From: Candidatus Uhrbacteria bacterium | GTDB lineage: Bacteria > Patescibacteriota > Patescibacteriia > UBA9934 > UBA10169 | Reading direction: 5' to 3' | Assembly: GCA_016187485.1 (NCBI GenBank) | Contig: JACPJO010000005.1 | Coordinates: 71,499-135,498 of the forward strand | DNA length: 64,000 nt | Part shown: positions 26,353-35,672 of the stretch, one piece after another | How the letters are laid out: the number at the start of each line of letters is the position of its first letter | Position numbering within the stretch: position 1 is the stretch's first letter | Notes under the pieces: generated by a model | What the model saw: the letters and a program-made list of their open reading frames with translations, nothing else | What the model was told of the DNA's origin: nothing | Databases searched by the model: none | Made by a program: the position numbers and the translations under genes

Positions 26353-27783
26353 TCAAGGGCGGCAGAGGGCAAGGAGAGTCTTTACGCGTTCGCGAGAAAG
26401 CACACGCACAATCCAAAGACCCCCTACGTAGACAATGGCGCCAAAAGTAATAGCAAAGAATAGTCCTATCGTGTCGAGGGCGAGGTAAACAATCAAGGCC
26501 ATTACTCCTCCAACCAGCAGGATACGGGAGAGTTTTCCAAGAAGGCGTCTCGTGTGAAGAGTAGTTATGCGCGGAACGAACAAAAGACCCGAGAAAAAGA
26601 GAAAGAGGAAGCTTCCGAGAGCGGCTGTGGCAGCTCCGGTGGTGCCGAAACGCGGGACAAGAAAAATGTTTGCTGCCGCATTCATGATGAACGTCGCACC
26701 CATAAGACTTGTCTTGAGGGTCTGGCGGTGCGCAGCATTCAAAAGCGAGCCGACAGGAAAGTCTAAGAAGAGTGGGATCGTCGCAAAAACGAGAATTTGC
26801 AGAGGGGCGACAGCGCCAAGAAATTCCTGCCCAACGGTTTGCACGATAAGCTCTGGCGCAACCGCCCAGATGCCAAATGCAATGGGGGTTGCCAGCACCA
26901 TCATATACTCCACCGCATCCTCAAACGCACCGGAAAGTTTTTCGCGCTCCTTTGCTACATACGCACTCATTGCTGGATAAAGCGCCGCCGCAAAGGCCAT
27001 AGGCAAAAACTGGAAGGCGTAGGTCAACTTGTAGGCAACAGCGTAGTACCCTACGTCAGTAGCCGTAAAGTACGTAGAGAGAAGGATCGTATCCAGATAG
27101 GAATAGCCCTTCACGAAAATGCCGGAGAGGGCGAAGGGGACGGCAAGGTAAAGGAGGTGTCTCATACCCTGCAAAGACAAGGCGGGACGAAGAAGAGAAA
27201 TACCGAAGCGGCGGACAACGATAACGGTCGAAAAAACAGCGTTCCATGCACTTCCGGCAAGAAGGGCGACCACAAGCCACACAAGCGGAGCATGGAGGAT
27301 AAGAGCGATTACTCCCACAACAACCGTGATCCCCTGCCCCACGAACATCCCAACAGACTCGAATGTGAGAACCTGTACGCCCCGAAGAAGCCCGTACATG
27401 GTAAGGGTAATGGCATCCACAAGCATGACAAGGATTGCAACTCCCACAAGTGCGCGCACAGACTCCGCATAACCCATTGCCGAGACAAAAAGCAGGACAA
27501 GAAGTGCCGCAAGAAGGGAAAAAACCACTTTCAGGGTAATAGTTTGTGCGAACATCTCTCGCCAACTCTCTGAGCCCTTTGCAACCGTGCGAATCAGGAC
27601 CGGCTGAAGACCCATGTCTGTAAGAACAGAGAACATCGTTGTAACAGAAAGCGCCAAGAAGTAATCCCCGGTGTTTTCTGTGCCCACCAGACGAGCGAGA
27701 AAAAGAAAATACAAAAACGCCAGCGCTTTCTGTACGACAGAGGCTAGCGTTAATTGCAGGGTGTTTTTCCCAAGCCGGCTCAT
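26353..27783 (-). CDS. wzx: Wzx-type polysaccharide flippase (MOP superfamily)
   Basis: The product has 12-14 TM helices. The start is set at MSRLGKNTLQL to avoid overlap with rpsI. Confidence 0.75.
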   Translation of the reverse strand: MSRLGKNTLQLTLASVVQKALAFLYFLFLARLVGTENTGDYFLALSVTTMFSVLTDMGLQPVLIRTVAKGSESWREMFAQTITLKVVFSLLAALLVLLFVSAMGYAESVRALVGVAILVMLVDAITLTMYGLLRGVQVLTFESVGMFVGQGITVVVGVIALILHAPLVWLVVALLAGSAWNAVFSTVIVVRRFGISLLRPALSLQGMRHLLYLAVPFALSGIFVKGYSYLDTILLSTYFTATDVGYYAVAYKLTYAFQFLPMAFAAALYPAMSAYVAKEREKLSGAFEDAVEYMMVLATPIAFGIWAVAPELIVQTVGQEFLGAVAPLQILVFATIPLFLDFPVGSLLNAAHRQTLKTSLMGATFIMNAAANIFLVPRFGTTGAATAALGSFLFLFFSGLLFVPRITTLHTRRLLGKLSRILLVGGVMALIVYLALDTIGLFFAITFGAIVYVGGLWIVRVLSRERVKTLLALCRP

Positions 27784-27803
27784 GGCCGTATGGTACCCAA
27801 TTT

Positions 27804-28208
27804 CTAGCGTTTTGCCCACTGCGGAGCTCTGCGAGCTTTTTTCAAACCGTACTTTTTCCGCTCTTTTCGGCGCGCGTCACGCGTGAGCATCCCTTCTTTT
27901 TTGAGGACGGGTCGGAAGTCCGGATTCCAAGCAATAAGAGCGCGCGCAATACCAAGTCGGATCGCTCCCGCTTGTCCGGCAACACCTCCGCCGGAGGTCT
28001 TCACAGCCACCTCGACCTGCCCTTCCATGCCGGTTTGCCGCAGAGGCGCAGTAATCATAGCTTGGTAGGCAAGCTGTGGAAAATACGCTTTGACGTCACG
28101 GCCGTTGACATGAATAGCGCCTGTAGTTCCTCGGACAAGCTTCACCTGCGCAACCGCGCGCTTGCGCCGTCCAATACCATGATCGTTGTTGGTCACTGCT
28201 GTCGTCAT
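27804..28208 (-). CDS. rpsI: 30S ribosomal protein S9
   Basis: The C-terminus (ARRKERKKYGLKKARRAPQWAKR) and GGGVAGQAGAIRLGIARAL are S9 signatures. Confidence 0.9.
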   Translation of the reverse strand: MTTAVTNNDHGIGRRKRAVAQVKLVRGTTGAIHVNGRDVKAYFPQLAYQAMITAPLRQTGMEGQVEVAVKTSGGGVAGQAGAIRLGIARALIAWNPDFRPVLKKEGMLTRDARRKERKKYGLKKARRAPQWAKR

Positions 28209-28567
28209 ACGGAGGAATCAAATTTTAACCGTTTCATGCGATTGGTTCGCAATTTATTCTGTGGGAGCATCGAGTACACCGCGTGCGAAATCAACTGTGT
28301 GGGATCCATTTCTTTCACGCGCGAAAGCGACACCTTCCGAAATCCGCCCGGATGTCCACTATGGCGAATATGGAAAGTTTCGGCCGCTTTTTTCGCATCA
28401 AGCTTCACTTGGCCTGCATGCAAAACCACGACGACGTCACTGCTGTCTATATGCGGCGTGTAGTCCGGACGATGCTTACCCTGGAGAATGTGGGCAACTT
28501 CCGATGCCACGCGTCCAATGGCGCGTCCGGAGGCATCAATCGTATGTGTTTCCGTTGGACGATTCAT
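28205..28567 (-). CDS. rplM: 50S ribosomal protein L13
   Basis: The translation has HIDASGRAIGRVASEVAHILQGKHRPDYTPH. Confidence 0.9.
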   Translation of the reverse strand: MNRPTETHTIDASGRAIGRVASEVAHILQGKHRPDYTPHIDSSDVVVVLHAGQVKLDAKKAAETFHIRHSGHPGGFRKVSLSRVKEMDPTQLISHAVYSMLPQNKLRTNRMKRLKFDSSV

Positions 28568-28569
28568 AA

Positions 28570-28920
28570 TTACAGAAGCTCGATTTGCATAACTTCCGCG
28601 CCATCTCCTTTGCGCGGGGGGAGATTTGTTAGACGAACATATCCGCCCGTACGCTGCATATACCGCGGACCGAGGACTTCAATAGTCTTTTTTACCGCAA
28701 GCTCGTCTGGGAGTTCCGCCAAAAGTTTCCGCCGGCCGGCAAGCGTGCCTTCTTTTCCGTATTCAATCAAACGTTCCAGATACGGGCGCACCGCCTTTGC
28801 CTTTCCGCGGGTTGTTTGAACCCTTTCGTAAAGAATAACGCTTTGCGCTAAACCGGAAAGGAGCGCGCGGCGCGCGGCGCTTTTTCTATCAAGAGTTACT
28901 TTTGTGCTTCGATGACGCAT
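28570..28920 (-). CDS. rplQ: 50S ribosomal protein L17
   Basis: The translation has MRHRSTKVTLDRKSAARRALL...TTRGKAKAVRPYLERLI. Confidence 0.9.
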   Translation of the reverse strand: MRHRSTKVTLDRKSAARRALLSGLAQSVILYERVQTTRGKAKAVRPYLERLIEYGKEGTLAGRRKLLAELPDELAVKKTIEVLGPRYMQRTGGYVRLTNLPPRKGDGAEVMQIELL

Positions 28921-28922
28921 AG

Positions 28923-29633
28923 TTAGGAGGTCGCCTCCGTTTCCCCAAGACCGTTTGATACCGTTGTGAAGTAGTCCATCAGAATTTTTGTGGAGTCGCG
29001 CACAGCATCTTTTGGAGAAATTGTTCCGTCCGTCTCAATCGTCATGATGAGCTTGTCGTAATCCGTGATCTCCCCTACGCGAGTCGCTTCTACGCGATAA
29101 GACACATTGCGGACGGGCGAAAAGAGAGCGTCCACCGCGATGGTGCCCAGATCTTCCCCACCCTTGCGCACTTTTTCCGTTGGCCGGAATCCGCGTCCTT
29201 TTTCCACCGTAATTTCCATTTCCAGCCCTGCTTTTGCCTCCGTCATGGTGCAGAGCACGTGCGCGGGGTTAACGACTTCCACTTCGGCATTCGGCTCGAT
29301 ACTTGCCCCCGTCACTTCTCCTTCTCCTGTCGCGCGCAGCATGAGCTTTACCGGCTCGTCCGTGTGCAAACGCACACGCAGCTGCTTCAAATTCAAAATG
29401 ATCTGGAGCACGTCTTCCTTCACGCCCGGAATCGCTTGGAACTCATGCGTCACGCCCTTAATTTTCACCGCCGTCACCGCAGCCCCGACAAGCGAGGAGA
29501 GAAGAACGCGACGGAGCGCATTGCCTGCAGTCGTTCCATAGCCGTGAAAGCATGGCTCGACAACGAGCTGGGCCTCACGGGGGGTGGCGCCTTCCTCTAC
29601 GCTCACCTTGGTTGGCAAGAGAATATTCTCCAT
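28923..29633 (-). CDS. rpoA: DNA-directed RNA polymerase alpha subunit, N-terminal domain only (no alpha-CTD)
   Basis: The start is set at MENILLPTKVSVEE. The alpha-NTD is about 237 aa, and rplQ begins 3 nt after the stop, so no CTD can be encoded in cis. Confidence 0.8.
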   Translation of the reverse strand: MENILLPTKVSVEEGATPREAQLVVEPCFHGYGTTAGNALRRVLLSSLVGAAVTAVKIKGVTHEFQAIPGVKEDVLQIILNLKQLRVRLHTDEPVKLMLRATGEGEVTGASIEPNAEVEVVNPAHVLCTMTEAKAGLEMEITVEKGRGFRPTEKVRKGGEDLGTIAVDALFSPVRNVSYRVEATRVGEITDYDKLIMTIETDGTISPKDAVRDSTKILMDYFTTVSNGLGETEATS

Positions 29634-29637
29634 AAAA

Positions 29638-30255
29638 TTAGCGGGAATAAAATTCCACGATAAGTGTTGGGTCAAAAATTTGCTTGAGGTCTTCGCCCGC
29701 AGGGATAGAGGTTACTTTTCCTGTAGTGCTTGCCGGATCCACATGAAGCCATGAGGGTGTTTTCTGCTTTGCAAGACGCTCAGAGAGCGTGGAGAAGACA
29801 GGCTTTTGGCGCTTGTTCTCTTTGATGGTGACCGTGTCTCCAACACCCGTGTGGTAGGACGGGATGTCAACCTTCTTCCCATTCACCATGAAAAATCCAT
29901 GATTTACCAACTGACGAGCGTGCCGGCGAGAGAGACCGAATCCAAGACGATAAATAACATTGTCAAGGCGCATCTCAAGCGCCTGAACCAAATACTCTGA
30001 CGTATTTCCTTTCTTCCGCGTTGCTTTCTCAAAATAGTTGCGGAACTGGCGCTCCAGAATACCGTATTGACGCTTTGCTTTTTGCTTTTCGCGCAACTGA
30101 ATGCCGTATCCAGAAGAACGCTTTGGACGTGCCTGCACAGCCCCATGCTGGCCCGGACCTCCCGGGCGGCGACGCGCGGCGTTCTTTGGATTATCGTCGA
30201 GCGCCACTCCCTCGCGGCGGCTCATCTTTCCAATGGGTTTGAGAATGCGTGCCAT
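29638..30255 (-). CDS. rpsD: 30S ribosomal protein S4
   Basis: The translation has MARILKPIGKMSRREG and an S4 domain. Confidence 0.9.
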   Translation of the reverse strand: MARILKPIGKMSRREGVALDDNPKNAARRRPGGPGQHGAVQARPKRSSGYGIQLREKQKAKRQYGILERQFRNYFEKATRKKGNTSEYLVQALEMRLDNVIYRLGFGLSRRHARQLVNHGFFMVNGKKVDIPSYHTGVGDTVTIKENKRQKPVFSTLSERLAKQKTPSWLHVDPASTTGKVTSIPAGEDLKQIFDPTLIVEFYSR

Positions 30256-30260
30256 AAGGT

Positions 30261-30710
30261 TTAGAGACGGCGGGGCCGCGGAGGACGGCAGCCGTTATGC
30301 GGAATAGGGGTCAGATCCTTAATGGAGAGCACGTTAAAACCCTGTGCATTAATACTGCGCACCGCGGAGTCGCGTCCGGAACCTATACCTTTCACGAACA
30401 CGTGTACATCTTTGAGTCCGGTGTCCTTCAGCTTTTCGGCAAGTGTTTTCAAAATAACCGTTGCCGCATAAGGTGTGGATTTCCGCGGCCCCTTGAATCC
30501 ACAGTTCCCAGAGCTCGCCCACGCAAGTGCGTTCCCATTCAAATCGGTAGCCGTCACAATCGTGTTGTTGAAGGTCGCCTGAATATACATATTTCCAACG
30601 CTCACCTGGCGCATGGTTTTCTTGCGCGCCTTTGCTCGTGTAGCAGGCGCGGCCGATTTCGCCTTGCCTTCTTTGATCTCTGCTGGTTGTGCTTGTGTGG
30701 TTTCTGACAT
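30261..30710 (-). CDS. rpsK: 30S ribosomal protein S11
   Basis: The translation has YIQATFNNTIVTATDLNGNALAWASSG. Confidence 0.9.
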   Translation of the reverse strand: MSETTQAQPAEIKEGKAKSAAPATRAKARKKTMRQVSVGNMYIQATFNNTIVTATDLNGNALAWASSGNCGFKGPRKSTPYAATVILKTLAEKLKDTGLKDVHVFVKGIGSGRDSAVRSINAQGFNVLSIKDLTPIPHNGCRPPRPRRL

Positions 30711-30715
30711 ACAGA

Positions 30716-31108
30716 TTAAGTCTTGGTAAGCACACGGCGTCCAGATCCGGTAGTCTTACGGACGTTTCCACGCACGGTGCGAGAGTTGGTTCGTGTCCGT
30801 TGTCCGCGAACAGGAAGGTTCTTCCCGTGGCGCGAGCCGCGATAACTGCCGATTTCTCGCAAGCGCTTCACATTGCCGAGTACTTCACGGCGCAATTCCC
30901 CTTCTACACGCAGCTTCTTTTCAATCTGGTCGCGGATTTTCGTCACCTGCACGTCGGTAAGCTCCTTTGTGCGGAGTTTGGCGTCCACGCCCGCTTGCGA
31001 GAGCACACGGCCTGCCGTTGCTCGGCCGACTCCATAGATAGCCGTAAGCGCAATGTGAATGGGCTTTTCGGAAGGAAGACTGACGCCGGCGATACGTGCG
31101 GTTGCCAT
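30716..31108 (-). CDS. rpsM: 30S ribosomal protein S13
   Basis: The translation has MATARIAGVSLPSEKPIHIALTAIYGVG. Confidence 0.9.
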   Translation of the reverse strand: MATARIAGVSLPSEKPIHIALTAIYGVGRATAGRVLSQAGVDAKLRTKELTDVQVTKIRDQIEKKLRVEGELRREVLGNVKRLREIGSYRGSRHGKNLPVRGQRTRTNSRTVRGNVRKTTGSGRRVLTKT

Positions 31109-31111
31109 AGG

Positions 31112-31225
31112 TTAGCCCTGACGCTGCTTATGTTTAGGATTCTTACAAATAACAATGACGCGGCCGTTGCGACGGCCGACTTTGCAATCACGACAAATCT
31201 TTTTTACAGAGGCGCGGACTTTCAT
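31112..31225 (-). CDS. rpmJ: 50S ribosomal protein L36
   Basis: Manual translation of the minus strand gives [37 protein letters not shown]. This gene is not in the ORF track. Confidence 0.85.
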   Translation of the reverse strand: MKVRASVKKICRDCKVGRRNGRVIVICKNPKHKQRQG

Positions 31226-31240
31226 GTTCACGTCTTGCCC

Positions 31241-31459
31241 TTAGAAACGATAGACCACGCGACCCTTCGTTAGGTCGTACGGGCTCATTTCAACTTTGAC
31301 CTCATCCCCCGGCAATAGGTGGATGCGGTGCATACGCATTTTTCCCGCCAAGTGACCATGGATCACCTGACCGCTTTCAAGTCGAATCTTGAATTGCGCA
31401 CTTGGTAAAAGCTCCTCCACGACTCCGCGAACCTCAATAAACTGCTTGTTCGAATCCAT
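31241..31459 (-). CDS. infA: Translation initiation factor IF-1
   Basis: The start is set at MDSNKQFIEVRGVVEEL. The product has an S1-like fold (GHLAGKMRMHRIHLLPGDEVKVEMSPYDLTKGR). Confidence 0.85.
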   Translation of the reverse strand: MDSNKQFIEVRGVVEELLPSAQFKIRLESGQVIHGHLAGKMRMHRIHLLPGDEVKVEMSPYDLTKGRVVYRF

Positions 31460-31552
31460 AGGCTTGCGGAAGTCTATCATTTTAGCCAAAAAATGCAAGA
31501 GAGTTGTGGATAGGGCGAAGTGCCGATAGGTTACGCGTTCTGTTTTCTGCTG

Positions 31553-33325
31553 TCAAGCACTCAAAATTGCCTTGATACGGCGAACGCCAGCCGAAACAGC
31601 CTCCTCCTTTAAGATACGGAAATGCCCTAATTCTTTTGTGTTCTCCACATGCGGTCCGCCACAAACTTCTTTAGAGAAATGTCCGGCCTCCTCACTTCCA
31701 ACAAAGTAAACTTTCAGCTTCTCGCCAATCTGTGCGTATTTATCCTCGAACAGCCCAATAGCTCCTCTCGCTTTTGCTTCCTCAAATGTAAGCATTTCAA
31801 AACGGACCGGGAGAGTCTTTTCTATGTGCTCATTAACGATTTCTTCGACACGCTGTTTTTCTTCCTCGGTCATTTTTTGCGGGTGCGAGAAGTCAAAACG
31901 AAGTCGCTCTTGGGTAATATTAGACCCACGCTGCTCTACATGATCTCCAAGAACAGTACGCAAGGCCTGATGGAGCAGGTGCGTTGCAGTATGCAGACGC
32001 TTGGATTCCTCCGAATGATCAGCTAGTCCACCAGTAAATTTTTGCTCCGATCCCGCACGGGAGAGGTCTTGGTGTTTACGAAACTCGGCCTCGAAGGTGG
32101 CACGATCGATCGTCTGTCCCCTCTCACGGGCAAGCTCCTCTGTAAGCTCCAAAGGAAACCCAAAGGTCGTGTAGAGAGTGAAAGCATCCTCCCCGCTGAC
32201 AAATTCTTTTGCGGAGAAGATTCGTTCAAACTCTTTGAGACCTTTTTGAAGTGTTCCAGAAAACTTTTTTCCTTCCTGCTCAACAACCCCAACAATATGC
32301 TCAGCTTTTTCGACAAGCATCGGGTAGGGTTCCTTAAGCGTATCAATAATAGCGTCAAGGATTTCGCGAACTTCTGCAGGAGCGTGTGCAAGACGCGAGA
32401 TTTCACGAATAGACCGACGAATGAGGCGTCGTAGGATGTATCCTTGATCTTTGTTCGAAGGTTCAACACCATCGGCAACGATCATCACCGCCGCACGTAG
32501 GTGGTCAGCAATGATGCGCAAAGAGCGCAGATGGCCTTTGGCACGTGCGGCTGTTACGCGCTCGATAGTTTTCAAGATGGGAGCAAAAAGCTCTGTTTCG
32601 TAGACACTTGTGTGCCCGTTAAGAACCGCAAGGGTGCGCTCAAAACCCATGCCGGTGTCTACATTGGGTTTTGCGAGAAGCTCAAAGCGTCCGTCGGCTG
32701 TTTTGTTGTACTGCATGAATACGTCATTCCAAATCTCCACCCAGTGTTTGTCGCTTGAGTCAAAAGTGGCTGGTGCCGTCTCGGCGCCCGTCCAATAAAA
32801 CATCTCGGTGTCTGGTCCGCAGGGTCCCGTTTGTCCTGCCGGCCCCCACCAATTATCTTTCCGTCCAAGATAAGCGATACGCTCCACCGGCACACCAAAC
32901 GACTTCCATAGCCCGGCCGATTCTTCGTCGCGCGGGATTCCCTCTTCACCGGCAAAGACACTCACGGCAAGTTTTTCAAGCGGAATGCCGAGCTCCTTCG
33001 TGAGAAAAGTAAAGCTCCACTCAATAGCTTCACGTTTGAAATAATCTCCAAGAGACCAGTTGCCAAGCATCTCAAAAAACGTGAGGTGCGTGCTATCTCC
33101 CACCTCGTCAATATCGCCCGTGCGCACGCATTTTTGTACATCCACAAGACGCTTGCCGGCAGGATGAGGCTCGCCCAAAAGATACGGCACCAGCGGGTGC
33201 ATACCGGCCGTCGTAAACAGCACGGTGGGATCATTCTCTGGGATAAGGGAAGCCGAGGGGATACGTTTGTGGCCCTTAGATTCAAAGAAAGAAATGTATT
33301 TCTCTCGAAGTTCCTGCGCTGTCAT
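31553..33325 (-). CDS. alaS: Alanyl-tRNA synthetase, short form (catalytic, tRNA-binding and editing domains; no C-Ala domain)
   Basis: The start is set at MTAQELREKYISFFESKGH. The editing-site motifs HTATHLLHQALR and CGGPHV are present. The product is about 590 aa. Confidence 0.9.
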   Translation of the reverse strand: MTAQELREKYISFFESKGHKRIPSASLIPENDPTVLFTTAGMHPLVPYLLGEPHPAGKRLVDVQKCVRTGDIDEVGDSTHLTFFEMLGNWSLGDYFKREAIEWSFTFLTKELGIPLEKLAVSVFAGEEGIPRDEESAGLWKSFGVPVERIAYLGRKDNWWGPAGQTGPCGPDTEMFYWTGAETAPATFDSSDKHWVEIWNDVFMQYNKTADGRFELLAKPNVDTGMGFERTLAVLNGHTSVYETELFAPILKTIERVTAARAKGHLRSLRIIADHLRAAVMIVADGVEPSNKDQGYILRRLIRRSIREISRLAHAPAEVREILDAIIDTLKEPYPMLVEKAEHIVGVVEQEGKKFSGTLQKGLKEFERIFSAKEFVSGEDAFTLYTTFGFPLELTEELARERGQTIDRATFEAEFRKHQDLSRAGSEQKFTGGLADHSEESKRLHTATHLLHQALRTVLGDHVEQRGSNITQERLRFDFSHPQKMTEEEKQRVEEIVNEHIEKTLPVRFEMLTFEEAKARGAIGLFEDKYAQIGEKLKVYFVGSEEAGHFSKEVCGGPHVENTKELGHFRILKEEAVSAGVRRIKAILSA

Positions 33326-33413
33326 AATAAGGGGCAGTTTATCATCTTGCGGACATTTAACAAGACGAAACCACCCTGTGGGGTGGTAAAAGAAAGGGTG
33401 AGCTGCTCCTTGC

Positions 33414-34022
33414 CTATTCGTAGGCAAGGACGAGTTCAATCAGGGAACGTTCTGCTCTTGTCGGAAACGTCATCTGCTTGAAGATGCCTGTGACGCACTC
33501 CTCGACCGTTGGCGTTGTGGACACGCTCGTCTCCACGTTGGCGCCGTCTACACTACCGTCTACCCTGATGCGCAGATATATGATGAGACGGACGAATCCG
33601 CTCACCCTGTCGACAACCGGATCGAAGGCGAAGCAGGCCGTCAGTTTTTTCTCGGCCTTATCCACAACCTGGTAGAACGGATCTGCGGTTCTCGGATCGC
33701 CCGAGAGAAGATTGGGAACGAGAGGGCCGATTCCGATCGTGTTCCCAATGATCAGCTGCCTGCTCCTTGCCGTCGGCGGTGCCTCACGCTTCTTGAGCTC
33801 GATGACGATCTCCTCCATCCGGGAGCGGATCACCGCAGCCTTGTCGATGAGCGCGTCGTGCTCGCTCTTCAGTCGGAAGAACTCTGCCGCCAGGTCCTCG
33901 GTTGCGGCCTGCCAGAGAGGGACGACGATGGGGTTTCCGGCCTCCCCGCTCACTGCCGGCAGCGGCAGGGAGAGCGTGACAAGAAAGAGGAAGACAGCGG
34001 AAAAAAGCGCGGTTTTTTGCAT
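33414..34022 (-). CDS. Secreted protein of unknown function
   Basis: The product has a signal peptide (MQKTALFSAVFLFLVTLSLPLPAVSG). Confidence 0.5.
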   Translation of the reverse strand: MQKTALFSAVFLFLVTLSLPLPAVSGEAGNPIVVPLWQAATEDLAAEFFRLKSEHDALIDKAAVIRSRMEEIVIELKKREAPPTARSRQLIIGNTIGIGPLVPNLLSGDPRTADPFYQVVDKAEKKLTACFAFDPVVDRVSGFVRLIIYLRIRVDGSVDGANVETSVSTTPTVEECVTGIFKQMTFPTRAERSLIELVLAYE

Positions 34023-34046
34023 GACGTATTCCCTTCTTTCTTCACC

Positions 34047-35672
34047 CTACAAAACTTGCTCGTTATTGGCAACAGGCAGGGCCTCGGCGGGGCGGAAGCG
34101 ACGGAAAAGATGGCGATGAACGAGGGCACGGAGTTCGCCAAACTCTTCGACATGAAATAGGGAGGAAAGCGAGAGATAGATAGCGGTGCCGATGCTTCCA
34201 ACGACGGCTGTTTGAAGAAAGACGCCGGCAAAAGTGTCCAGGGGCGCGAACCAGACGGTGAGCGGTTTTGAAACTTGCATACCGATGGCCATAAAAAGCC
34301 CTGCGACAGTCATCTTGAGAAGGCTCCGGAGAAGTTTAGATTCATGAATGGCACCAACTTTTACACGCAGCATTGCCCAAAGCAAGATAAGCTCCACCAC
34401 TTGCGCCAGCGAGAAAGCAATACCGAGACCGACAATACCCAGCATCTCTGTAAGGCGGCCGGCGCTCAAAAGGAGTACCAGCGTGGAGAGTGCACCAGCC
34501 ACAAGCGGAGTGACAGAATCACGATAGGCAAAAAATGCGCGGATGAAAAGAAGATTGAGTGCTTGCGCAAAAAGGCTCATAACTAAGAAGGCAAGCGTGT
34601 CAGCGACCAGAAGCGTCTCCTCCCAGCCGAATGTTCCCGCGCCAAGTACGAGACGCACCGTTTGCGCACGCAAGAGCAGAAGGAAGAGCGTGGCAGGAAT
34701 AATGAGATAGAGAATCTGGCGCACCGCTTCAGACATTATATCGGCAAAGCGAGATGTGTCCCCCTCCACTCCCGCACGGCTAAGAAGCGGGAAGGCAGAA
34801 ATGGCAAAACTCACGGCAAGAATGCCGACCGGAAGCGAGGTAAGGTTGTAGGCAAATTGAAAGACCGTCACACTGCCCGCGGCAAGTGCCGAGGCGAGAA
34901 CGCCAAGAATGATGAACTGGATCTGTGACATGCCAATGCCGAGTACACGTGGCCCAAACAAGAGAAGCGCTGAAGACACGTCGGCGTGAAACCACGGTTT
35001 TGGCCAATGAGGGCGATACCCCATTTTCCACGATCCCCACACGGGAATCGCCATATGGAGAAAGGCGCCAAGCACTACACCCCATGCGAGACCAATAGCA
35101 CCCACAGCGGGGACAAAAAACACGGCTCCAAGAATAATACCGATGTTGTAGAGAACGGGGGAAAGCGCAAACAGGGCGAATCGCTGCGTCGCCTGAAGAA
35201 CGTTGCTGAAGACAGAGGAGACGGCGATGAGTCCTTCCGCGAGAAAGAGCACGCGCATAAAGAACGCCACGTGCTGCTGCTTGTCAGACGAAAAACCTGG
35301 TGCAACAAGCTCTGCGAGGAGAGGAGCAAAGAGAATGCCCAGGAGCGCACCGGCGCCGAAAAGTACCCCAAGCCCAATGAGCATGCGATTTGTGAACGCC
35401 CATCCTTCGTCTGCCACTCCATCAGAGCGGAGATGACGGACGAAGAGCGGAATGAAGCTTGCGGAGAGCGCACCCGTGATCAGCAGAGCAAAAAGAAGGT
35501 CGGGAATGCGAAATGCCGCATAGTAAACATCGAGCGTATCTCCGGCCCCGAATGTCCCTGCCAGGACACGATCGCGCCATAGTCCAAATAGACGACTTAC
35601 AAAGGAAAAAAAACCTAGAACAAGCGCTCCACCAGCCAAACTTTCTATAGGCTTTTGGAACCAACTAAGCAT
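34047..35672 (-). CDS. murJ: Lipid II flippase MurJ/MviN
   Basis: The translation has LGLWRDRVLAGTFGAGDTLDVYYAAFRIPDLLF and 14 TM helices. Confidence 0.85.
   Translation of the reverse strand: MLSWFQKPIESLAGGALVLGFFSFVSRLFGLWRDRVLAGTFGAGDTLDVYYAAFRIPDLLFALLITGALSASFIPLFVRHLRSDGVADEGWAFTNRMLIGLGVLFGAGALLGILFAPLLAELVAPGFSSDKQQHVAFFMRVLFLAEGLIAVSSVFSNVLQATQRFALFALSPVLYNIGIILGAVFFVPAVGAIGLAWGVVLGAFLHMAIPVWGSWKMGYRPHWPKPWFHADVSSALLLFGPRVLGIGMSQIQFIILGVLASALAAGSVTVFQFAYNLTSLPVGILAVSFAISAFPLLSRAGVEGDTSRFADIMSEAVRQILYLIIPATLFLLLLRAQTVRLVLGAGTFGWEETLLVADTLAFLVMSLFAQALNLLFIRAFFAYRDSVTPLVAGALSTLVLLLSAGRLTEMLGIVGLGIAFSLAQVVELILLWAMLRVKVGAIHESKLLRSLLKMTVAGLFMAIGMQVSKPLTVWFAPLDTFAGVFLQTAVVGSIGTAIYLSLSSLFHVEEFGELRALVHRHLFRRFRPAEALPVANNEQVL

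Noticed and set aside
26797-27573. 258- and 169-aa ORFs inside wzx
   Set aside because: They are alternate-frame or antisense ORFs within a 14-TM flippase gene, with His/Lys/Arg-rich low complexity.
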